From positions 24,304,001 through 24,368,000 of the forward strand of contig NC_059425.1 of assembly GCF_021028975.2 (NCBI RefSeq): 64,000 bases of DNA. The letters are read 5' to 3'. The stretch comes from Sphaerodactylus townsendi (Eukaryota). The first letter of the stretch is position 1, and the number at the start of each line of letters is the position of its first letter. A program made the translations under genes and the position numbers. Under the pieces are notes generated by a model. It ran no database searches. It was not told the origin of the DNA and was given only the letters and a program-made list of their open reading frames with translations. Below, one piece after another: positions 51,751-64,000 of this stretch.

Positions 51751-52214
51751 ATAAAGCAGCCTTGGGGAAGGGCCCCTCGTTTTGTCTTCTATGAAGATCT
51801 GTTTGTTAACTGCGATGGCATTAAAACAGGAATATGGCAAAATTTTCATCTTATTTAAAACATTTATCAACCACCTTTCTCCCTTATGGAGCTCAAGGCA
51901 GCTTACAATATAAATAAAATAGCTTACATACAGATACATAGAACCAAAATCACAATTTAGGACTGCTTTAATCCAATGTCCCCAATAATTTGGGGGAGGA
52001 GGGATTAGAAGCAGCCTTACTTTTTGCACAGTGCCTCAAATCTCACAATGAGCAGCATTTCTTGAAATACTTGTCTTTCTGCATGGGTACATGAAGAAAG
52101 AAGGCCTTCCTGGTGGTCTTCTCCCAAACAAACACTTTCCCTCTCATCCTGAATCTGACATACTGGGTGTGATCGTGTAGTGGCAGTTAGGTAAAAGAAA
52201 AGCATCGGGCTGAT

Positions 52215-52445
52215 ATCACTTCATGACGTTTACTAGGCAGACTATGTTTATGGAGTGGTTTGCCATTGTGCATCCCAGCTGTCTACACTTTACTCCCAGC
52301 AAGCTGGATGCTTTTTACCAATCTTGGAAAGATGGAAGGCTGAGTCAATCTTCGGCTGGCTACCTGAAACTAACCATTGGGACTGAACTCAGATCATGGG
52401 TAGATCTTCAGCAGCAGTACTGCAGCTCACGGCCATGTGCTACTA
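52215..52445. mobile_element. Sauria-type SINE fragment
   Basis: gtggtttgccattg...cccagcaagctgg...ttttaccaatcttggaaagatggaaggctgagtcaa. Confidence 0.65.
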
Positions 52446-54908
52446 TCGGAACTTTATGCCCATGACATCTGGTGGCAAAGATCTGAGGTTGCGTAGATAT
52501 GACACTACTGCCACTTTGTGTGTGATCTCCTTGTCTTTGTGTCTTTAACAAGAGACCGGCTCCTATCTTCGGCTCAGCTGACCAGTTACATTCACTCTGG
52601 CACCTTAGAAATAATGAAGCAACCCACCAGCTTCCTAGCGAAGCTGGACGTGCCTTAAGTGAATCTACAGCGTCCTGAAACATTTTAAATGAACAGCGTT
52701 GTTTTGGCTGTAGCAGACAACAAAAATGCTAAGCCTGCGGTTCGTAAACTTTAGCAAATAAAGGAACTCTCTTCCTATTTTGACTCACATACACAAGCCA
52801 GACTTTTTATTCATTTCTGATTAAACAGGAGAGAAGAACCCAGCAATCACGTCACTTAAAAGGGACCTGCGAACTAGCACTTAGAAAATACCTTTGGCTT
52901 GCACGAGATAATCATAAATTTTCTAAGGAGGAAAAAGCCAACAATCCTAGCTGTTTTTAGGGTTCCAGATATACATTGTTGGCTCTGCTGCTGTGCTCCA
53001 AAAAGCAGTTATACAGAAATTAAACAAGTGAAGTTCTTGCCAGTCTTTTGTCTATCTTATCAGGCAGTGTAAGAAAATGCTGCTCACTGCCACTAGCTTT
53101 GCTGCCTCCCATTTTCATAGCCTCGCAGTTCGTACTAGCTGGACCTGCTGCCTACCCAAAAGGAGAACAGGTGACAGCAAGTCTTTTATAGCTTCAAACA
53201 TCAGAGGTTACAGGAATGAGCATTCTCAAGCAAAGATCTAACCTGACTTTACAGTCCAGAGGGGCCACTATAGAGGTTCAGAAGTCTAATTGGAGACTCT
53301 CTCCAACCAATGCTTACCCAGCTTTTCTGTCCCTATTACCCACTACCATTAGACAGCATGGACATCCTCATGGCAGGTGTCAAGCCTAAGATTACTGACA
53401 GTCAACAGTATTTGCTAAGAAGTTGGGGCATATCAATCAATGGTTACATAATGATAAAATAATATTATCTTGAATTATGTAATCCCACCTGTCCAGAATT
53501 GGGTGCTTTTCTTGGCCTACTTAATCATTGGCGGCGTGTCTGAGTGGGCGGGGAAGGCAAAAGAGCTCACTCGACTGTTGCTGTGACAAATTTCCACCTA
53601 GGATAACCTACTCTAAAAACTAGATAACCCACCTAACTACATTCCATCTCCTGTTACAAGTGTGATTCCTAAAACAGACATTCAAGCAGAGCCAGTCCAG
53701 CATAATGCAGCTTGTTGATCATAAGTCAAAGTAGACCCACATACCCACTTTGTAACTGGACTCAAAAGCAGATGCTTCCTCCTGCACATTAAATAAGATG
53801 TTGTGATGTTTAACTTGGCCCAAAGATATCCTTATTTTCAGCTCTAAGAGAATGGAAATTGAACTTGATTCAACAGACTGTAATCCTATTTTGTCAATCG
53901 CATGGTCTTCTGTAGTACCTTTATGAATTCATGGTGCCTCATGATAGTGCAAAGCATCTCAAGTCAACAGAACTTAGACAGGATGCTAGCCAAGGTTCAG
54001 ATATACATGAAAGGGGAAACGTATACAGAGTGGAATTCAGTACTGGTGGTCCAAGATCTGGAACCTCTAGTCAAGGATAGTATATGTGGGACATCACCAC
54101 TACACAGTTTCCACAGCTCTACTCAACCTGTTGGAACCGAATGATTCATATATCAAAGTCATGGATAAATATTACTATTTGGACCCCCTCCCCCCCATCC
54201 TAAATTACATCTCAAGGGAAATCTAAAAAATCCCTGTAAACGCAGGATTGATTTGCTGGATATGCAACCACAAACAAACAAATCCAAACCACCTTTCAAA
54301 GAGAGAGAGACAGTGCTTAACACCAGTCCGAAATAGTTACAAATGTTTTAATAAAATTAATTATAAGTTACAGCTTCACAAACAGGAAATATCCTCCTGT
54401 TCTCCAGTTCCACCATGGAGAAAAAGCAAGGAGGGGCAAACACAATGGCCCCAGGTCCACTCCTCCAGCCCAAGAGCTTTCCAAGAGGCAAATGAAGCTG
54501 TGTGTCTGGCACAAATGGGTCAGATAGGCCCACCCCTTTCCTCTCTGGAATGACGAAGCCAATGAGACAACGGTAAGACTGGAAAGGAAGGAGGGCTTGC
54601 AAACAAGGGGGGCTGGTGGTCCCAGGCACTGTGGCCACCAAGAACAAGGGATGCTGCCCACCTGCTGCATGCAAAGGAGGGTATGTATGTAGACATGAAG
54701 GTGGGCTGTGTCAGAGGGAGACAGTGCTTGGTTTGCAATTCAGCCTGTAAGGCACTGAAGATGGCGCAGCGAGCGAGTGCACCCCCATGAAGGAGGGTAC
54801 AGATTGGAGACCAAACAGAATGACCCAAAGCTGACTGGAATGGAAGGCCATGGGCAGGAAGACTAATCCTTGGCGGTGTGTCTGCGTGGGTGGGGAAGGC
54901 AGAAGAGG

Positions 54909-57900
54909 TCATTCGAGGACAGCCATCAGGAGGTGCAGCTCACGAAAGGCACTGCCATGGCGGCCGCTCAGCCCACATTTGTTCTTGATGATGTTGCTAA
55001 TGTTCTTCAGCTGCTTGTAGCACAGGCGGCACTTCTGAAGCCTGCCAAAGACAAGAGAGGAAAGCTGAGGGCCCTCCTCGATGGGTCTGCTGTGAAGTGG
55101 TAGACTCAGAGCATAAGATCGTAACAAAAGCCATGCTGGCTCAGACCAAGGCCTATCAAGTTTGGCAATCTGCCCACGCGTTGCCTGTAGGATGCCAACA
55201 AGCAAGGCGAATGCAGCAGCATTATCCTGCCAGTGTCCTACAGGAATGCTCCTTTGATACTGCAGAGAATAGGCATGCATGACTAGTAACCATGGATAGC
55301 CCTATCCTCCATGAACAGATTCACTCCCCTCTTAAAGCCTTCCAAATTGGAAGCCATTCCTACATCCTGGGGCAGGTAGCTCCACAATTTAACCGTATGC
55401 TGTGGGATCGTTTTAAATTTTTCACCCTTCAGCTTCAGCAGAAGACCCAGAATTCTAGTAATATGAGAGAGGGAGAAAAGCTCCCTGTCTACTCTCTCCA
55501 CACCATGTACACACTATAGCAGGAACAAAACCAAGGAGTACATGAGGGAAGGAAGCCAAGCTGTGAGGGTACGCTGTCATCCTAGATGGGTTTTAATTAA
55601 AACAAAAACTGAAAATCCTCCACTAAATGCTGTCACTGGAAAAAACAATCATAAGAACATAAGAACAAGCCTGCTGGATCAGACCAGAGTCCATCTAGTC
55701 CAGGACTCTGCTACTCACAGTGGCCCACCAGATGCCTTTGGGAGCTCACGTGCAGGATGTGAAAGCAATGGCCTCCTGCTCCCAAGCACCTGGTCTGTTA
55801 AGGCATTTGCAATCTCAGATCAAAGAGGATCAAGATTTATTGTCGAAGGCTTTCACGGCCGGAATCACTTGGGTGCTGTGTGGTTTCCGGGCTGTATGGC
55901 CGTGTTCTAGCAGCATTCTCTCCTGACGTTTCGCCTGCATCTGTGGCTGGCATCTTCAGAGGATTATGATCCTCTGAAGATGCAACCACAGATACAGCCC
56001 TCGAGAAAATACTGCAAATACTGTTATATTCAACGCAAGATCAAGAACTGAAGCCATGAAATGCGACTTCTCCTCCATAAATCTGTCCAAGCCCCTTTAA
56101 AATATCTAGGTTAGTGGCCATCCCACCTCCTGTAGCAGCATATTCCAAACACCGTCACGTTGCGTGAAGAAGTGTTTCCATACAGTAGTCCCTAATTCTT
56201 TCCCCAGCATTTTCAATGAATGCCCCTGGTTCTAATATTGTGAGAAAAGAGAAAAATTTCTCTCTCTGTCAACATTTTCTACCCCATGCATAATTTTTGT
56301 AGGCTTCAATCATATCCCCCCTCAGCGCCTCCTCTCCAAACTAAGAGTCCCAAAGCGCTGCCTCTCCTCATAGGAAGGTGCTCCAGTCCCTCAATCATCC
56401 TGCGTTGCCCATCTCTGCATTTTTTCTATCTGGAGTATTCTTTTTTGGGGCGTTGTGACCAGACCTGAACACAATTACTCCAAGTGCAATTAATACAGCT
56501 ATATAAGGACATGACAATCTTTGCAGTTTTATTATCATTCCTTTCCTAATGATCCCCAGCATAGAGTTTGCCTTTTTCACAGCTGCCATGCATTGAGTTG
56601 ACATTCCCATGGAACTATCAACTAAGATGCCCAAATCCCATTCCTGGTCTGTGACTGATAGCACTGACCCCTGTAGCGTGTATGTGAAGTTTGGATTCTT
56701 TGCATCACTTTACATTTTGCTACATTGAACTGCAATCACCCTAGGGAAAGTTGAAGGCAGCAGGAAAAGAGAAAGACCCAACATGGAATGGATTGATTCA
56801 ATAAAGGAGGCCAGGGCCTTCAGTTAACCACACTGTTAACAGTGGGACCTTTTGGAAGACATTGATTTATACCGTTGTGATGGGTCAGAAGCAGTTTGAT
56901 GGCACTTCACACACACTGTGGAGTTAGCAGGCACATGAAGAAGGCAAAGGATTTACCAGACTCTGTGGGTCTCTCTCTGTCTCAGCCTAGTTGAAAGGAG
57001 CACAAAAGGATTTCCCACTAGGCCCTCAGGGGATAAACTATATGTGTATTTTTGGCAGCAGCTATAGTAACTGCTGCCAAAAGCATTTTTTAAAATCTGC
57101 ACAGCCAAACAGCAATCCTGCTAGCAAAAGCTCCACTGCACCCACCGACTTTATAAAAACTCTTGGTGGGCACCAGGAAAGGTATTGGTGCATGCCTGCT
57201 TTTTATGTTAAGGGACCCCGCTACAGAACCCAGAGGGACCAGGAAGATGTGTCAGCAGTGGGAATCAAGCCTTCAAGCAGATGTAACAGGAAAGGGCCTT
57301 TTGCTGGACTGTCACTACAGTTGCAGAAACTCAGAGCTTCACGAAAGACCTGCAAAACAGAGAAGTGAGCAGGATGCCATCCTGTCTCCAGGATATACTA
57401 CCTCTCCTCTCGGGAAATGTCCACCCCCACCGATGGCGGTGCAGCAAGAATGTCCGTAATCAGGGGCAGAAAACGCTGCAGGATTAGCTTCAGTGATGTG
57501 CAGCCAGTCTGGACGTAGCTGTCAAGACAACACAGACCACCAGTAAAAAGGAAAATGCCTTCAATCATCAACAATTCAGCCTGAAAAAGTGCAAAATGAG
57601 GGGCAGGAGGTGGCTCATGTTCAAAGGAATGTTCAGTAGGCCTGAGAAGTCTTACTGCTCAAGCCAAGGGATAAGACAACATTCTGTCAGGCTACGAAGC
57701 AGTGCTGTTAAGCGAGAATTTTCTCCCCTCAGGCCCAGGTTGCTGTTCTTCACAAAACCCACAGACTAAGCGGAAGCTTTCTGGATAAAGTCTCTCCAAG
57801 CCCAGTATTTACAAGTTTCTTCTCCTGTCACCATCTAGTTGGGCAATTCTCACTCTGAGAGATTTTACAGGAGCTTGGCCTGAACGGCAAGCAGCAATTA

Positions 57901-60900
57901 ACAAAAAAAAGGTCCATCTCCCTCAATTTGCCTGTTCCATTGGTTAAGCGCCTTGAAATGCTCTAGGACCCTACTGCCCTGGAGCCTCACCTTTCGTATT
58001 TGCTTTGGAGAAGTTTCTCTATCTGGGGCAAGACGACAGTGCACAGGTCGAGCTTCCAGAGAGACCTGGGGAAAGATGTGGTTTTGTCAGGGGGATTGTA
58101 TCTAGGCAATTGAGATACATTCCTAGCTCAATGTAATAGTTTCAAGATACAGATGTTATCACTACCGTTCTGGGACATTCTTTCCTGGATCTTTGCTTTA
58201 TGGCTTCCCACGTCAGGTAGATAACTAGGCTTACCCCTGACATTTTTGGTCTCATGGGAAACGCCTTAGCTCTGAACTAACTCTTTCTCACATTCCTTGG
58301 GAAAATGGGAGGGAGGACTGATATTGGAATAAAGGAGGTAGCAAAAGCCAGGTTCACCAGAACTGGTTTTGACAAGCTGGGTGTTTTGATGCCTATCGAT
58401 AAACGCTGCTGATTATCAATACAGAGTCCATTTATTACTTCAAAGTTCAAGACCTAACAAGTTTTCAGAGAGTTGCTAGACCCACCACAACCACCCTGTA
58501 AAGTCCCCAGAGCCCTTCACGGTTAAAATGAGGATCTGAAAATTTGAGGCAGAAAGCAATGCACGGGTTGACCAGAGGCCATTTTCCCCCACAGGAACAC
58601 TCATGTGGGATCCAAATTATTGCTAAAACTCCAGGGAATGACTTAAATGCTCTCTGTGTGTACATTAAGCCTTGCCCAAGGCCCTCAGAACCTTCCATTG
58701 CCTCCCAACGCTAGAGGGTGTCAAGAGGTATTTGAGATCAGCTGGTCAATGCTGGCTGAGGGCTTTGAACTTCTGATGTGCTAACCAAACTACACATCCA
58801 AGTGCACATTATGAACAATTCTCCCTCCCTCCTAAGCACACGCGTGACGTTCAAGTGACACATGAAGGCCATTAACTGCATTTTCAGATCCTAATTATTT
58901 AGGCATACAACTATTCAGCCAGGCCAGCCACCTTCCTCTCACGGAAGAAAAGCTTAGCTGGGACTCCGCGTGACTTCCTGGTTGGACGATGTTCAGGAGA
59001 TCTACAACAACGGAAAGGTCATTGATAGCAACAGCAGAGTCCACAGAAGTCTGAGAAAAAGGTAAAAGAAGCAGGAGGAGGATTAGAGTAGGGGTTATAG
59101 TCATGGTAAATTCTCAAGATGCAGAACTGCAGGGTGTCTGTCCTGAAGGCTTCAGCTCCATCTGCCAACCTGGGCAAGTTTCAGTCCTGCTGGTCCACGA
59201 ACCAGGCACAGAGTCAGTTACCAGCCCCCCACCCATCCCCAAAAAACTGAAGAGAAAACAGCCAACTTACTGGGCGAATTTAGCTACCGCCTCTGCACAT
59301 TTGGCCCTAAAGAAGATTTGCATCAAAGGAGAGATGTCCACCCTACCACCTCAGCCACTAGCACTGACCAAAAACATCACAGAAAAGCTTTTAGTACCAA
59401 TGAACTGCAAACCAAAACGACAACTGCTAGCATGAAGAACCTGCTCTATAAATAGCCAGTTGCAGAATGCACCAAAACCAGGTAACTGCAGCTCCATAGA
59501 TGTCAAGGAAGACTATTTCTTCAGACTGCAGAGACACCTAGGCATCTAATGAAGCAGGGCAGGAACTATGTGGCCCTGGAGCTAGGCAACCTCCTGCTTA
59601 CACAGTTGGTGGAATGGCAAGCCCCATTTTGTGCTCCTGCAGACCAGCAGAGGTGTGGGCTAAAATGGGCCAAGGAGCCCTGGTTGGGATTCCCAGCTCG
59701 TTTTATTCAGTCAGAAATGACACCTTTTGGGGAATGGTTGCCCCTCCATAGTGGCTCCACCCTTCAAAAGAAAGCCAGCTTCCACCCCTCTTGGCCTTTG
59801 TCCACCAGACTAGATAGGTCCTGGGTATGGCAAAGGCTGCTCTTGTGTTCTCAGCAGCCATCTATCAGGTCAAGCATCCCAGTGTGGTCATAGGAGTGCT
59901 GAGCAGAGATATCAAATGGAGAGCTCGGCTGGGCTCCCTTTCTCATCTTAACTAGCTAATTCAGGGGAAGGGAAAGCAGGAAAAAATCCAGTCCACAGAA
60001 TCTCTGGCATAGTGTAGTGGAAGAGCAGCTGGCTCTAATCTGGAGAACCAGGTTTGTTTCCCCCCTCCTCCACATGAAGCCTACTGTGTGAGCGTGAAGT
60101 ACGAGAAGGTCGCCAGCCTTCTCTCAAGAGCTCTCTCCAGTTCCATCCTACCCTCTGAATTGTCCAGTTGTGGGAATGTGACTGTAAAGCTGCCTTGAGA
60201 TTCAGCTTCACATCAAATTGGGGTATAAAAATGAATTTCTTCTTCCTCCACCTATGTTTGGCTGAAATGCTCCTTGGGAACCCTTTTGGTGGTAGTAGTG
60301 GGGCTTGAGGAGCTGGGATTGGAGAGTGATTAAAAAAGAATTAGGACCGAAAGTGGAATGGGGAAATGAAGCTGATGTTGACCTCTTACCAGAAGAACAA
60401 GCCTGATATCTTGGCATTGCCAATACTGCAAATGAGAGGACTGACTCACCAGAATATCCCTCTCCCCTCCCACTGATGGAAAGGAAGAGGGGGCAGAGGG
60501 ATTTGTGGACAGGATCGCCGGTTGCTTGAGGTCCCAGGGGGGGCTGGGAGGCTGAGGCACAGATTGCAGAGGCTCCAAACCAAGCAGAATGGTTGGAAAC
60601 CATGGTATGGTTGTAGCCTCTCCTGCACCCTTTCTCCAATGACTGAGAAATCAAGGCTAAGACCTGCTGCTTTCATCTGGTTCCCAGAACGTACAGCCTT
60701 GCAGTGCTGGGAGTTTTCCAGTCCAGAATTAGAGGCGTGAACTTCCACCAAGGGCCCAGACCTCATGAGGCAGTGTCACAGCAGAGCTGGGAGGGAGGAG
60801 GCTGGCTGGAATATGAAGGCTGGGACACTCCTTTTTGAAGCAAAAGCTCCTGGTGGCTTAAGGCGATTTGGAATCCCGGACGGCCACTGAGGGCCAAGGC

Positions 60901-62575
60901 TCCAGCCTCAAACCCTGCAGTGCTTGGAATCGCTTTATACCTCTCTCAAAGCAACGGCTTGCCTGTACTGGTATGTCTCCAGTGCTCCACACAGCCCACT
61001 TTGTTATCCAGGTTTCCTTGTGCCCGGCTGTGTAAGCTCTCACTGCTACGTAATGGTAGCCAGTGGCCCTTTGGGATTGGGACATGGTAAAATAGTCGTA
61101 ATCACGACTAATTTCTGTCAAGTTTTGGTTCTTCATAGCCCCTTAGGTAGAGGTGACACAAAAACCTGGAAGTCACAAAAGATTAGGTGAATCCAACACA
61201 GGGCGCATGCAAATGGGAGTTTCTCTCTCTACAGCCCCTTCTCCATGAGAGAAACTCACAAATTGGACAAGAGTCCAGTGCAGGCTTTTCAGCCCAATGA
61301 GAAATCATTCCCTGGCCAGCAGTGGAGTGTTCACATGAGGGATGCTCGACCCAACCCTGTGTGGGCCACAGGTGGAGGCGGCGACGCAAACTAGGTTAAG
61401 ATGAGGAGTCAGGCTGGAGGAAGAAGCAGAGAGATGGGGTCAGAGAGCAGCCCCTGTTGTTCCAGAGAAGGCTGTGTTTTACCGCCTCCCATTACATAGA
61501 AGACTCAGCTACAGCACTGGCTAGGCTCTATCCTTCGCCCCACCCTCCCACTTCCATCGCTTAGCAACCCAGTAGAGAACAGGTATCAAACTCAGGCTGG
61601 CCCCTCCAAGATGTTACATAGACTTCGGTTCCCATCATCACCCTGTAGCATCATGCACTGGCAGGGGATGATGGAAACCATCAATCCTGGAGAACCTGAG
61701 AATCTGGCTTACCCTATACAATGAAATGTGCTTGTCAGAAACTAAGGAAGTGGCCACACTCAAGATACCTGGAAATACGCCATTTAGTGTCACAGTTTAA
61801 GGGACCCCCCATTCTTACTTTACCTTTCTTTAAACATGTGTCACAAAAATGAGAAACAAACCACAGTGGAATCGCAGGCATCAGCCTGGGAACTAGGCTC
61901 CAATGACACAGACTGCTGAATCCTGCTTGGTATAGTCTGCTTTAACCTGTATTTCATGCTGTTGAATGCACCATCATAATGAACAACCTTTTAATGCAGC
62001 AGATAGAGGAAATATGAACGACTGCAAGGTACGTACGGTCTCCTGGCTTGGCAACGGGGTTTGGCTATCTGCAGCCTGACTTGACCTGGATGTTTCTTTT
62101 GCAAGCGTGGGCTCTGGAGGAACTGAGAAAGGAAGCCATTATATTTCGCTCACTCTGCCCCATGGTTGCTTAAACGGAAATAGATTTGAACTCCCTGGAA
62201 AAATCCAAGGTAGTCTCGGGGAGGGGGGGATCATAGAGGACTCAGGGCCCTTCTCTTATTCTGCACTGGGAAAAGCACCTGTCATTTTTACCAGACACAG
62301 TCTGTGGCTCTTCAAGGGCAAAGGGATCCCAGTATGATCGTGTTTGCATTAGGGAAGACTTGCGATGGCCAATCTGGAGATCTCAAAAGTCAATGGAAAA
62401 TCGGGCTCAGAAACTCCACCAGCCACACGGGTTTTGCAAGTGTTTGTGGGAAGATCAAGAACACAGCCACTGTTCCTGGGGTCTCCCTCTGCACCCATTC
62501 CCTAAACAATAAGTCCGAACTTACCATCCTCAGGAGGTGCAGGAAAGGGCTCGTTCTTGTAGGGTGGAGTCCGAG
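54909..62575 (-). CDS. KATNB1: Katanin p80 subunit B1, 3' part; exons 62575-62525, 62113-62037, ~61390-61260 (garbled), ~61140-60962 (garbled), 59050-~58970, 58065-57991, 57518-57402, 55041-54909; upstream exons not identified in the window
   Basis: [16 protein letters not shown]; [22 protein letters not shown]; [24 protein letters not shown]; [39 protein letters not shown]; [12 protein letters not shown]...[20 protein letters not shown], matching the con80 domain. Confidence 0.92.
55283..55515 (-). mobile_element. Old CR1 3' fragment
   Basis: Translates to [19 protein letters not shown]...FKRG. Confidence 0.7.
55838..55995. mobile_element. Penelope-like terminal repeat with a short inverted partial copy
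   Basis: tattgtcgaaggctttcacggccgg...catcttcagaggat-tatg-atcctctgaagatgc. Confidence 0.8.
55921..55963 (-). ncRNA. Minimal hammerhead ribozyme, best-preserved copy
   Basis: Reverse complement reads TCCT-CTGAAGA-T-GCC[loop]GGC-GAAA-CG-TC-AGGA. Confidence 0.78.
56737..56916 (+). mobile_element. RTE/BovB-like LINE 3' end fragment
   Basis: Translates to [24 protein letters not shown] (RTE ORF C-terminus); cacacac tail. Confidence 0.6.
60005..60250 (+). mobile_element. tRNA-derived SINE (noisy copy)
   Basis: gtgtagtgg.agagcag...tctaatctggagaaccaggttt...ctccacatgaagcc. Confidence 0.6.
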
Positions 62576-64000
62576 CTGCAAAAGGGAAGAAGTTCAGTCT
62601 CGGACCTGGCTTCATTGGCAGAAGCCACACAAGAGATCAGACCACCCAGCACTACTCTGTTTGCAAGCCTGAGACTTGTTTCCACTGATATATTTCTGCA
62701 AAGTGGAAAACTTGCTCACTGATATGACAGTCACTTCCCACTTGGTGACACAAGTGATTCCAGTTTTTTCATCCTTAAGAACCACCAATCTTTTCTACTG
62801 TTCTCTGCCTTACTGGGAAGCTGTGTGCCAAGTTTACTGCATGGATATTTTACCAACAACTGCTTTAAGTATGCAAAGAGAGAAACTGTTCTTGCTCTCC
62901 TTTGCTCCAGCAACCTGAGGACCTGTTTTGAAAACAGCACCATTTAAAATGATTCAGCAACAGTCTGGAAGCTTGCATCCCGTTCCTATGAAGAAGAACA
63001 CACTGCCTCCAGGTTCTTGGGAAAGCACTTTCTTCGTACCATTTTCCATTTGCCCACCACCCTTTTCTTTTTGTGTTGGACATGCACCTTGATGAAAAAT
63101 TCTAAGGAATTCAACAGGTTGCACACTGTTTTGTGATATTCTGGTGGGTCCTAATAAAAGGCACCGTACAATTTTGGTATAGGTTTTTTCTGTTTGAGAG
63201 TTGGGATTCACCTTAGTTCTAGATGAATGGCGGCACTGTCATGAAATATCCTGGACCAGCCACAAAGTGCTGGCTGGCTTCTGGAGCCAATTGCAAATTA
63301 AACCAGTGATGGTAAAGGAAAGAAGAAATGCTATAAAACACCTTACTAAAAGAGAACTTCTTGCCCAGTGCTATACCCTTTTCCACCAAACGATGACAGT
63401 AGAAGTGTATATTAATCTGCCATTTCCTGGACCTTCTTTGGGCGTTTCCCCACTTACCTTAAGCCGCGCGCTACTCTCCTCAAGTGGCAGGGTCCCTGTA
63501 ACCTCCCACTACAGGGGTGGCGTGACAAGCGCGGCTTCCCCGGCGCTACGGCTCGCGCCTCGAAGCGGCATCCTAAGCTCCTCGAAAGTAACGGCACGTT
63601 TTGGTGGCCAGCTCAGGAGGGATGCCGGTGCGTATAAGAGATAGTAGCGCTAGGTAAGCGTGCCGCCCAGCAAAGGTGAAGTGGGAAGCCCTTTTGTTCT
63701 AAAGATACTCCCGCTTGGGTCCCAGTGTCCACCCCAGTTTTCTGTCCCCCCCCCCAAGGCACTGGGACCCGGCAGAGCATTCTTGAGACAGAAGATGATC
63801 AGGAAATGGCAAAAAGGTCTCTAGTCTACTGTAATCTTTAGTGGAAGAAATATTCACCTTGACAACCATCTAAAAGACTGAACTTTAAGAAGCTGTGGTG
63901 GATGGGAAAATCCTCCACAGTGTTTCAACCAGGGAAGACTTAATCCAGGAAATCTTGAACCCCACCAACTGGCTATTTTAGTAGCACTCACTGATAGAAT

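Larger units (their letters stand above)
55650..56735 (-). mobile_element. CR1 3' fragment (same subfamily as 43051-45008), interrupted by a Penelope-like insertion
   Basis: Close match to 43051-43950; tail cataagaacataagaac. Confidence 0.9.

Noticed and set aside
61320-61400. LRRRL peptide resembling the SYVN1 C-terminus
   Set aside because: The context matches a garbled KATNB1 exon (RNEPIGLKASDFLP remnant) instead
63088-63211. Candidate further KATNB1 exon (VNPNSQTEK...IFHQ)
   Set aside because: Plausible splice sites but no convincing similarity to the expected peptide

Overview
Vertebrate genomic DNA, inferred from its repeats (CR1, Sauria and Squam-type SINEs, Penelope, hAT and Harbinger MITEs) to be squamate and probably gecko. 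Gene order: a secreted TLR5-like LRR gene lacking TM and TIR (+), TM7SF2 (+, 10 coding exons), intronless ZNHIT2 (-), FAU (-), a SCAN-KRAB-C2H2 zinc-finger gene (+), MRPL49 (+) and the 3' part of KATNB1 (-). TM7SF2-ZNHIT2-FAU-MRPL49 matches human 11q13.1, but a ~16.7 kb ZNF/CR1 block separates FAU from MRPL49 and KATNB1 stands where human has SYVN1. The main non-coding signal is a set of Penelope-like terminal repeats carrying minimal hammerhead ribozymes; copies with an intact core lie in sense orientation in introns of TM7SF2, MRPL49 and KATNB1. Several blocks have small indels in essential genes that look like consensus errors. Gene identities come from recalled protein similarity, not database searches.
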